14,152 bases of DNA, from assembly GCA_013331805.1 (NCBI GenBank), contig DUFS01000030.1, forward strand, positions 1 through 14,152, written 5' to 3'. Shown here in pieces: positions 7,178-14,152 of the stretch. The notes under the pieces are model-generated. The model was not told where the DNA came from. It was given only the letters and a program-made list of their open reading frames with translations, and searched no databases. The position numbers were made by a program, and so were the translations under genes. Source of the DNA: Candidatus Micrarchaeota archaeon. Its GTDB lineage: Archaea; Micrarchaeota; Micrarchaeia; Anstonellales; Anstonellaceae. Position 1 is the stretch's first letter. Each line of letters begins with the position of its first letter.

Positions 7178-8614
7178 ATGAAGAACAAAAAGGCTGATTT
7201 CTCGGAATGGTACAGCGAGATTACCAAGGAGGCAGAGCTCTGCGACCTGCGCTACAACGTGAAGGGGTTTGTTGTGTTCATGCCCTGGTCGGTAATCTCC
7301 ATGAAGAAGATGTATTCCGTTTACGAGCGCGAGCTGGAAGCAACCGGACACCAGCCCGCCTGGTTCCCTGCGCTCATACCTGAAAGCAACTTCCACAGGG
7401 AAAGCAAGCACGTGGAGGGGTTCACGCCCCAGGTTTTCTGGGTGGAGCATGCAGGGGAGAACGCGCTTGAGGAGCGGCTTGCAATGAGGCCGACTTCCGA
7501 GACAGCCATTTACCAGATGTATTCCCTTTGGATCCAGGGCAAGGCGGATTTGCCTGTCAAGATATACCACCCTTCGCAGGTGTGGAGATATGAGACCAAG
7601 GCCACCAGGCCCTTTATCAGGAGCCGCGAGTTCTACTGGATTGAGTCGCACAACGCATTTGCCACGTTTCCGGAGTCCGAATCCCAGGTTGACGAGGACA
7701 TGCGCATGGCGGAAAACGCGATATTCGGGCATTTCGGGGTGCCTTTCATATTCTTCGAGCGGCCGCAGTGGGACAAGTTCCCGGGCGCGCTCTCAACATT
7801 TGCGGCAGACACCATGATGCCTGACGGCAGGGTGCTTCAGCTTCCCTCCACGCACCTTCTTGGGCAGAATTTTGCCAAGGCATTCGACGTCACATTCCTG
7901 AACGAAAAGGGCGAGAGGGAATACTGCTACCAGACCTGCTACGGCCCCTGCATTTCGAGGATTTATGCTGCAGTAATATCGGTTCATGGGGACGACCGCG
8001 GGCTGGTGCTGCCCTATGAGCTTGCCCCTTTGCAGGCAGTGGTCGTCCCGATATTGAAAAAGGGCAGCGAAAAAGAGGTTGAGAAAAAAGCCATGCAGCT
8101 TTCGGATTCGCTTTCGAAAAAAGGCATTCGGGCGAAAGCCGACTTAAGCGAAAGCACTCCTGGCTTCAAGTACAACCAGTGGGAGATGAAGGGAGTTCCG
8201 TTCAGGATTGAGCTTGGCGCGCGCGAAGCTGAATCAGGCGAGCTCACGCTTGTCAGAAGGGACAATGGAAAGAAGTCCAAGGTCAGGGAGGGCGAGCTTG
8301 CGGACTTCCTCTCCTCTGAATCCGCTTCAATGCTTGCTGACATGAAGAAAAAGGCGGTTGAGGAGTTCGAGTCAAGGCTCTCAAAAGCCATCAGCCTCAA
8401 GGAGCTCATGGGCGAGCTTGAGAAGGGCAGGCTGGTGTCAGTGCCGTTCTGCTCCAATGGAATGGAGGGCAAGTCCTGCGCAGAGGAGCTCAAGGAAAAG
8501 TGCGGCGGAGACGTGCGCGGCACCAGGCACGGCAGGAAGGAAAAGGCAGAGGGCAACTGCGTGGTCTGCGGCAAGAAGGCGAATGCTTTAGTATACGTTG
8601 CCCGCCAATACTAG
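7178..8614 (+). CDS. proS: Proline--tRNA ligase (archaeal/eukaryotic type)
   Basis: FSEWY, MRPTSET, motif 2 WRYETKxTRPFIRSREF, WEMKGVPxRIExG, C-terminal zinc domain ending ARQY. Start at MKNKK, with TTTTTATT at about -30. Confidence 0.97.
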   Translation: MKNKKADFSEWYSEITKEAELCDLRYNVKGFVVFMPWSVISMKKMYSVYERELEATGHQPAWFPALIPESNFHRESKHVEGFTPQVFWVEHAGENALEERLAMRPTSETAIYQMYSLWIQGKADLPVKIYHPSQVWRYETKATRPFIRSREFYWIESHNAFATFPESESQVDEDMRMAENAIFGHFGVPFIFFERPQWDKFPGALSTFAADTMMPDGRVLQLPSTHLLGQNFAKAFDVTFLNEKGEREYCYQTCYGPCISRIYAAVISVHGDDRGLVLPYELAPLQAVVVPILKKGSEKEVEKKAMQLSDSLSKKGIRAKADLSESTPGFKYNQWEMKGVPFRIELGAREAESGELTLVRRDNGKKSKVREGELADFLSSESASMLADMKKKAVEEFESRLSKAISLKELMGELEKGRLVSVPFCSNGMEGKSCAEELKEKCGGDVRGTRHGRKEKAEGNCVVCGKKANALVYVARQY

Positions 8615-8775
8615 AACCCTTTTGCTCGCTCCAGATGGGGACCGATTTCTCGCCGAAGCGAGAAATGGTCCATTGGTCGGTTCGCCGACCAATCGGACGC
8701 TCGGCATGTTCGTCGAAACGAACATGTCTGATGCATTTTGCGTTTCGACGCAAAATGCACATCGCAAAAGCGTTC
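8614..8775. repeat. Multibranch palindromic element (closing stem plus four hairpins); candidate ncRNA or miniature mobile repeat
   Basis: Closing stem GAAC-c-CTTTTGC (8614-8625) / GCAAAAG-c-GTTC (8764-8775). Hairpins at 8639-8671, 8672-8693, 8705-8726 and 8732-8759 with 9-12 bp perfect cores and loops CGAA, TTCG, CGAA, TTCG. Confidence 0.8.
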
Positions 8776-8807
8776 ACGGAAAATTGGAATATTTATAACT
8801 GGTTATC

Positions 8808-8880
8808 AGCCCCTTCGTCTAGTGGCCAAGGACACTGGGCTTTGGACCCGGTAACAGCGGTTCGAATCCGCTAGGGGCTA
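8808..8880 (+). tRNA. tRNA-Gln(TTG)
   Basis: Acceptor AGCCCCT/AGGGGCT plus discriminator A; D-stem GTCT/GGAC; anticodon arm CTGGG-CTTTGGA-CCCGG; T-arm AGCGG-TTCGAAT-CCGCT. A1-U72 is typical of archaeal tRNA-Gln. No intron, CCA not encoded. Confidence 0.97.
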
Positions 8881-8962
8881 CATTTCATTCCGCCCCTCGC
8901 GTTTGAAGCTGAGGCTTCAAATCTGTCGCAAACCTTCGGTTTGCTTCATCCGCTAGGGGCTA
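8866..8962 (+). repeat. 15-bp direct repeat of the tRNA 3' end (ATCCGCTAGGGGCTA) flanking a 67-bp two-hairpin spacer
   Basis: Identical copies at 8866-8880 and 8948-8962; hairpins at 8902-8921 and 8928-8944. Confidence 0.85.
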
Positions 8963-9588
8963 TCATTATTCTCTTTATCATGCACAGGTGCAGCCTTCCT
9001 TTTCCTGAATTCGAAAAATGCGGCAACCTGAAGTGCAACAGCAGCAACTCCGAGAAGCACGAGTGCGACTTCAGCTGCGTTCAGAGCCACAGGCTTTCCA
9101 TCACGCGAAAAAAGACCGTTTGCCTTGAGGATGAAATGCGCGAAGATGAGTATGTAAGCTGGATAGACGAACCTCTGAAGCGTCTTCCATTTGGCAAATC
9201 CCATTTTGGCAACCGCGAGGTCTGTGGCGGTGAGTGCCAGGATGAGCAACACCACTAAAGCAAGCATGGCAATTGCAAGAGGAAACATTGAAACCATCTG
9301 CCCGAAATCGAAGCCGAAGTAAAGCGAGGCAACCAAAAGAAAGTGCAGTGCTGCAAACACGAATGCCGCTATGCCGACCGCCCTCCGAGGCTCGATCAGG
9401 GGGGCAAATGAAGACTTGAAGACCGCAAGCGGCCCGATCATCAGGGACACTGAGAGAAGGAAGAATGCCGAAAGGGCGAGGAAGCGGATGAATGCCGTCT
9501 GTGCAGGCAGGTCCGAAAGCGCATGATACGCCCCCAGAAGCGCGACTCCCATAAGGAGCAGCAGGAAAAGGAAACTCGGTTTTTGTAT
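8953..9588 (-). CDS. MsrQ/YedZ-like ferric-reductase-family heme membrane protein (first ATG 9552; probable ATA start 9588)
   Basis: RRAVGIAAFxFAxLH, LALT, WKxLQRFVYxAYxLxxxH; 5-6 hydrophobic helices. Confidence 0.85.
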   Translation of the reverse strand: MQKPSFLFLLLLMGVALLGAYHALSDLPAQTAFIRFLALSAFFLLSVSLMIGPLAVFKSSFAPLIEPRRAVGIAAFVFAALHFLLVASLYFGFDFGQMVSMFPLAIAMLALVVLLILALTATDLAVAKMGFAKWKTLQRFVYPAYILIFAHFILKANGLFSRDGKPVALNAAEVALVLLGVAAVALQVAAFFEFRKRKAAPVHDKENNDSP

Positions 9589-9678
9589 TCAATCACCGGA
9601 GAGTTGGCAAGGATTAGGCTATTATTCCTTTTGCCAGCTCCCGATGGTTGCAGCCGCTGTTTCCCTATCTTACCTGTC

Positions 9679-11931
9679 CTATTCCCAGTATGGGTTTGGG
9701 CTTTGCTCCGCAATTTGCACCGAGGATATTTCCTCGAGGCTGCCAAGGCCGTTTGCCTTCACGAACCTGTCGGAGACGGTGTACAGGTAGTTGTCCATGT
9801 AAAGCGAGCGCTTCACATTTGAGTTCGACCAGTAGTACTCCCCGCTCTTTGCAAGCTCCTCCTCGTCTGCGTGCGTGATCCTGCCGCGCAGGGTAAAGCC
9901 GTCCTGGGGAGTCAAGCTGAACACATACGCTCCCTGGAAGGTGAAGTCCCCATAAGCGCTGGCAGGAAGCGGGCTGGAATACTTGCTCTCGTCTATTTCC
10001 GCAAGCGTTATTGGAATGACCAGCAGGTTCTTGCGCTTGGAGAACAGAAATGCCTTGTGGTCCTGCAGCGCATAGGAGTCCGTGCCCCGGTCGCCTATTT
10101 CGTACTTGGCAACCTCTTTGGGATTGGAAATGTCGCTCACATCGAAAAGCGAGAGCTTCACTCCCTGGTACCAGGCAAAGTCGCCCTGCTCTGCCGCAAC
10201 TGCCCCCTTGCCCAGCCCGATTACGTGGTTTTCATCGTAGATGTGCAGATAGTCGGAGTAGCCTGGAATTTTCAGCTTGCCCTCGAGCTTGGGATTCTTC
10301 GGGTCTGAAAGGTTTATCACGAAGAAGGGATCGATCTTCTTGAAGGTGACCAGGTAGAGCCGCTCGCCCATGAAGCGCGCGGAATAGATGGTTTCGCCTC
10401 GCGCAAGCCCTTCCAGGCTGCCCACGGTTTCAAGCGAGCCGTCCAGAACGTAGACGTTGTTGCTGGAAGCCTGCTCTGTTGGCATCATGCCCCTGCTGAC
10501 CTGCCCCACTGTCGTGGCAATCCTGAAGTAATCGCCTGACTCGTCCATTGAGAACTGGTTGAGAGCGCGCCCGGGCACCTCGCCCTTTGCTACATAGGTG
10601 AACGAATTGTCCAGCGCGATCTTGTTTATCACAGTTCTTTCGCTTTGCTGCCAGGGGCGCTGCGCAATGCTCTCAGCCTTGCTGTTGAATTCCTGCTGAA
10701 GGATGAGCGAGGTCGCCTTTTCAATAAGGCCGGATGACTCGTTGTAGACCGTGCGCTGCAGGAATTCGTTCGCCACTCCCACCTTGAGGCGCTCCTTTAC
10801 CCATTCCGACTTTTCTGATGCGTCAATGTCAGCGATTTTCTTTTTTGTGGCCTCGTCAAAATACTTGTAATAGACCTGGTCGTAGGGCTCCCACATCGGG
10901 TAATAGCTGTCATACCTTGTGTAGGTTATGTACATGTTTTCCTGTGACACATATACGTTCTGCGAGTATCCCATGAGCACTATCTTGCGGCTCTCCTCCT
11001 TGGCAAGGTTGTCCAGGTCCACGCCTATGAATGTGTCATAATTGTAGCTCTGGTCAGGCCAGTCGAAGTATTTCACTTCTGTGGGGGCGATTTCCTTCTG
11101 GACGCCGTCCACTGCGTAAAGCGGCATGGGGTAGCGATAGTCCGCCCCGTCCTGGAATATCGAATACACTTTCCCGCCGATCATGCGGGACTGGACATAG
11201 CTGCCCTTAACCTCGTAGGTCTTCTCGAGCTTGGGGTTTTCCCTGTCAGATATGTCATAGACTTTCATGAATGCAATGTTGTAGTTGTAATAGGGGGAAG
11301 GCATTCCGCAGTCAACGCAGGCGATTTTCTGCTGCGATCCGGCTGCTCCTTGTGTTTCCTCCATAACATACTTGTCCTGCCCGTAATCGTTGCCGAACGC
11401 CGCCAGCTTGTCCTTGTAGACGAATATTTCCTGCACGTTCCCCTCCACGCCGATTTCTGAAATGAGCTTCATTTTTTCCGCGGGGTAAGCGTCAAGTATG
11501 ACAATGCTCGAGGTTTCCCCATTCCCGTAATAATAGCCATTGTCCTGGGGAACTGCATAAATGTACTTGCCGTCGTTCTTCACTATGTCAGCCTCGTCCA
11601 CCCCTTCCACCTGTATGTTTGTGGAGGAATAGTCGGTTGCCTGTGAGCCTGCTTCTTCCATAGCGCCTGCCTTTGCATTAGCCATGGAAGGCAGTGCGAT
11701 CATGTCAACCAGCATTCCCCTGCCATAATACCCTCCGTAGTAGGAGCCGTATTGCGAAGCCTTGAGGAATTCCGACACTTCGCCCCAGTTGGAAAACGAC
11801 TTGAGGCCGCCTGATTCTGAAACTGGGGGGTTGGGCACGCCCGGGAAAAAGACCTGGCCAGGGCCCGTGCAGCCAATAAGTATCAAAGCAATGGAAAATA
11901 TCGATAGAGCGGCAATGGTTTCGGATTTCAT
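9679..11931 (-). CDS. Secreted/lipid-anchored beta-propeller domain protein (Beta_propel/COG4880-like)
   Basis: Hallmark YSxTNIQVEGVDEADIVKNDG, LNQFSMDE, YLVTFKxIDP and LKIPGYSDYLH. Start at MKSET (GAGGTG SD; TTTATATT at 11973-11966); lipobox-like LIGC. Confidence 0.9.
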   Translation of the reverse strand: MKSETIAALSIFSIALILIGCTGPGQVFFPGVPNPPVSESGGLKSFSNWGEVSEFLKASQYGSYYGGYYGRGMLVDMIALPSMANAKAGAMEEAGSQATDYSSTNIQVEGVDEADIVKNDGKYIYAVPQDNGYYYGNGETSSIVILDAYPAEKMKLISEIGVEGNVQEIFVYKDKLAAFGNDYGQDKYVMEETQGAAGSQQKIACVDCGMPSPYYNYNIAFMKVYDISDRENPKLEKTYEVKGSYVQSRMIGGKVYSIFQDGADYRYPMPLYAVDGVQKEIAPTEVKYFDWPDQSYNYDTFIGVDLDNLAKEESRKIVLMGYSQNVYVSQENMYITYTRYDSYYPMWEPYDQVYYKYFDEATKKKIADIDASEKSEWVKERLKVGVANEFLQRTVYNESSGLIEKATSLILQQEFNSKAESIAQRPWQQSERTVINKIALDNSFTYVAKGEVPGRALNQFSMDESGDYFRIATTVGQVSRGMMPTEQASSNNVYVLDGSLETVGSLEGLARGETIYSARFMGERLYLVTFKKIDPFFVINLSDPKNPKLEGKLKIPGYSDYLHIYDENHVIGLGKGAVAAEQGDFAWYQGVKLSLFDVSDISNPKEVAKYEIGDRGTDSYALQDHKAFLFSKRKNLLVIPITLAEIDESKYSSPLPASAYGDFTFQGAYVFSLTPQDGFTLRGRITHADEEELAKSGEYYWSNSNVKRSLYMDNYLYTVSDRFVKANGLGSLEEISSVQIAEQSPNPYWE

Positions 11932-11977
11932 TTCATCCACCTCGCTATACCTGTCCCTTAAGGTCAATATAAATGGT

Positions 11978-12044
11978 TCGGTTTTTGTTAGGGGCAAAAA
12001 ACGATGCATTTTCGTAGCGACGATAATGCACATCGGTTTTTGTT
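11978..12044. repeat. Hairpin homologous to hairpin 4 of the 8614-8775 element, bracketed by 12-bp direct repeats
   Basis: GATGCATTTT-CGT-AGCG-ACG-ATAATGCACATCG (12003-12035) versus GATGCATTTTGCGT-TTCG-ACGCAAAATGCACATCG (8730-8764). TCGGTTTTTGTT at 11978-11989 and 12033-12044. Confidence 0.75.
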
Positions 12045-12096
12045 TGGCAGATTTTATTTTATCCCCGTAAAAATTAGGCAACAATGGGGGATCTTA

Positions 12097-12738
12097 TCAG
12101 CCAGAAGCTTCTGCTTTTTCCAGCTTCCTCTTTATGGTCTTGAGCATGACAAAGGAGTCGCGCTCCATTTCCTCAAGCCTAAAGGAGATCATCTTTGCCT
12201 GGGTCTCCAGGCGGGGGATCATGACGAACTCAAGCGAGTTCACCCTCCTTTTGGTCTTTTCAATTTCAAGTATGAGCCTGCGGATTGCGTTCTCGGTTTG
12301 GGAGAGCTTGAATACCAGGTCGGTTGCTTTTTCGAATGCCTCAGCAACCTCGTCGATTTTCGCAGAGGTGCCCACCACTGAGTAGCCCCTTGAAAGCAGG
12401 GGCTTTTCCACCTGCGAGGATTCGAGAGAGGGGATTTTCACCCCCATGATGTTGCGGACGTCCACCTTCACCCCAGGCACGCGCTTGACCGAAAGCGAGG
12501 CGGCCTCGATTTCCTGCATCCCCTGGTAGGCCTGTGCAACTGCAAGCGCGGTGTAAGCCTTCTTCATCTGGGAGTTGAGCTCGCTTCGCAGGTCCTGCGC
12601 TTTTCCCAGGATCTTGAAGAACTCCATGATAAGGGCGTCGCGCTTCTGCTTCAGGAGCTTGTGCCCTTTTCTGGCAAGCTTTACCCTGGTCTTGGCCTTG
12701 AGAAGCTCCATCCTGGTCGGGTTCGGGTTTTCTGCCAT
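12097..12738 (-). CDS. atpD: A/V-type ATP synthase subunit D
   Basis: PTRMELL, GHKLLKxKRDALI, NIMGV, EIEKTKRRVNxLE; follows subunit B. Confidence 0.97.
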   Translation of the reverse strand: MAENPNPTRMELLKAKTRVKLARKGHKLLKQKRDALIMEFFKILGKAQDLRSELNSQMKKAYTALAVAQAYQGMQEIEAASLSVKRVPGVKVDVRNIMGVKIPSLESSQVEKPLLSRGYSVVGTSAKIDEVAEAFEKATDLVFKLSQTENAIRRLILEIEKTKRRVNSLEFVMIPRLETQAKMISFRLEEMERDSFVMLKTIKRKLEKAEASG

Positions 12739-12741
12739 TTT

Positions 12742-14130
12742 TCATCCCTTTCTGAACTTCCTTCCGTACTTTTCGATGAACTCCTTTTTCACGCGCTTGA
12801 GCTCGGACTCAGGGAGCATGCTCATCAGCTCCCAGCCCAGGTCCAGCGTCTGCTCGATTGTCCTGTCCTCATGGGAGTTCTGCCTGATGAAACGCTCCTC
12901 GAAAACGTCGGCGAACTTCAGGTAGATCTTGTCTGTTGCGGACAATGCCTCTTCGCCCACCACTGCTGCAAGCGAGCGCAGGTCCCTTCCGGTTGCGTAA
13001 GCAGCGTAAAGCTGGTCAGCCACTCCCCTGTGGTCCTCCCTTGTCCTTTCCTTGCCTATGCCCAGGTTCATCAGCCTGGACAGGCAGGGAAGCACGTCCA
13101 CTGGCGGGTAGATGTTTTTCCTGTGCAGGTCGCGCCCGAGCACTATCTGCCCCTCTGTGATGTAGCCGGTCAGGTCGGCAATAGGGTGCGTGATGTCGTC
13201 CCCTGGCATGGTGAGTATGGAAAACTGCGTGACCGTTCCTTCCTTGCCTTTTATCCTTCCTGCACGCTCGTAAATCGAGGAAAGGTCGGTGTACATGTAG
13301 CCAGGGTAGCCGCGCCTTCCCGGCACTTCCTCCCGCGCAGATGCGATTTCACGAAGGGCCTCGCAATAGTTTGTCATGTCTGTGATTATGACCAGCACGT
13401 GCATGTTCTTCTCGTACGCAAGGTACTCTGCTGTGGTGAGCGCCAGCCTTGGAGTGATGATGCGCTCCACTGACGGGTCATCAGCAAGGTTCAGGAAAAG
13501 CACTGCTCTTTCAAGCGCACCTGTCTTCTCAAAGTCGCGCATGAAAAAGAGCGCCTCCTCGTTCGTGATTCCCACTGCTGCGAATACCACGGCAAATTGC
13601 TCGCCCTTTGAGGAAGCTGATACCACCTTTGCCTGGCGGGCTATCTGCACCGCAAGCTGGTTGTGCGGAAGGCCTGAGCCTGAGAATATTGGAAGCTTCT
13701 GCCCCCTTACAAGCGTGTTCATGCCGTCAATTGTGGAAATTCCTGTCTGGATGAAGTCGCGCGGCTCGGCGCGGGCGTATGGGTTGATGGGCGCGCCGTT
13801 GATGTCCAGCCGCTTTTCCGCGATTATTGCAGGGCCCTTGTCACGGGGCTCGCCCAAACCGTTGAACACCCTTCCCAGCATTTCAGTGGAGACGCCAAGG
13901 TGCATTGTCTCGCCCAGGAATTTGACTCGCGTTTCTGAAACGTTGAGGCCTGCGGTGGTTCCGAAAACCTGTATGACTGCAAGGCCGCGGGAACTATCCA
14001 GCACCTGGCCCTTTTTCCTCTCTCCCGAAGGCAGCGTTATCTCCACTATTTCCCCGTAGGAAATGTCGTAGACGCCTTCCACAAAGACCAGCGGGCCTGC
14101 GATTTGCGTGACTGTTTTGTATTCCTTCAT
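12742..14130 (-). CDS. atpB: A/V-type ATP synthase subunit B
   Basis: [59 protein letters not shown] at 14139-14134. Confidence 0.98.
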   Translation of the reverse strand: MKEYKTVTQIAGPLVFVEGVYDISYGEIVEITLPSGERKKGQVLDSSRGLAVIQVFGTTAGLNVSETRVKFLGETMHLGVSTEMLGRVFNGLGEPRDKGPAIIAEKRLDINGAPINPYARAEPRDFIQTGISTIDGMNTLVRGQKLPIFSGSGLPHNQLAVQIARQAKVVSASSKGEQFAVVFAAVGITNEEALFFMRDFEKTGALERAVLFLNLADDPSVERIITPRLALTTAEYLAYEKNMHVLVIITDMTNYCEALREIASAREEVPGRRGYPGYMYTDLSSIYERAGRIKGKEGTVTQFSILTMPGDDITHPIADLTGYITEGQIVLGRDLHRKNIYPPVDVLPCLSRLMNLGIGKERTREDHRGVADQLYAAYATGRDLRSLAAVVGEEALSATDKIYLKFADVFEERFIRQNSHEDRTIEQTLDLGWELMSMLPESELKRVKKEFIEKYGRKFRKG

Positions 14131-14152
14131 GGTATCACCAACTTATCCATGC

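Noticed and set aside
8639..8759. Regularly spaced palindromes as a CRISPR array or integron attC sites
   Set aside because: No identical repeats with unique spacers, no cas or integrase gene, and no GTTRRRY/RYYYAAC cores bounding gene cassettes.
8490..8874. ORFs 8490-8777, 8500-8874 and 8598-8798 across the hairpin element
   Set aside because: They overlap proS and, for 8500-8874, the tRNA; the sequence is explained by palindromic structure, not coding.
11932..12084. N-terminal extensions in the ORF track (12084, also 159, 5840, 7031 and 7134)
   Set aside because: They run through promoter or intergenic DNA; downstream ATGs have SD/TATA support and protein-like N-termini.
14131..14152. Expected 3' end of atpA upstream of atpB
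   Set aside because: Only about 20 nt are visible; frame and stop (TAA or TGA) cannot be determined.

Overview
Archaeal genomic window: A-type ATPase B/D, archaeal-type ProRS, tRNA-Gln with A1-U72, TATA boxes and GGTGA Shine-Dalgarno (SD) sites. The gene content suggests a DPANN/Micrarchaeota-like lineage (inference). The left part is a compact [NiFe]-hydrogenase locus: maturation protease, a hicB-hicA pair lying between it and the large subunit, group-3b-like large subunit, a truncated small subunit with an altered Cys motif, and a divergent EamA transporter plus a DUF6390-like gene with a HypC-like tail. The middle holds a BofA-like protein, a CxxS thioredoxin-fold lipoprotein, a tiny Cys-rich protein, msrB, an ACT-domain protein, proS, tRNA-Gln(TTG) and an MsrQ-like protein. 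The right part holds a beta-propeller lipoprotein, atpD and atpB. The most striking unexplained signal is non-coding: (1) a 162-nt multibranch element between proS and the tRNA, with four perfect hairpins whose loops alternate CGAA/TTCG; (2) a diverged copy of one of its hairpins at ~12.0 kb, with a compensatory base-pair deletion and 12-bp direct repeats; (3) a tRNA-sized hairpin cassette just after the tRNA, ending in a duplicate of the tRNA 3' end. Together these suggest a dispersed family of structured repeats or ncRNAs. A 13-codon IS110-like remnant and a probable ATA start codon are also visible.
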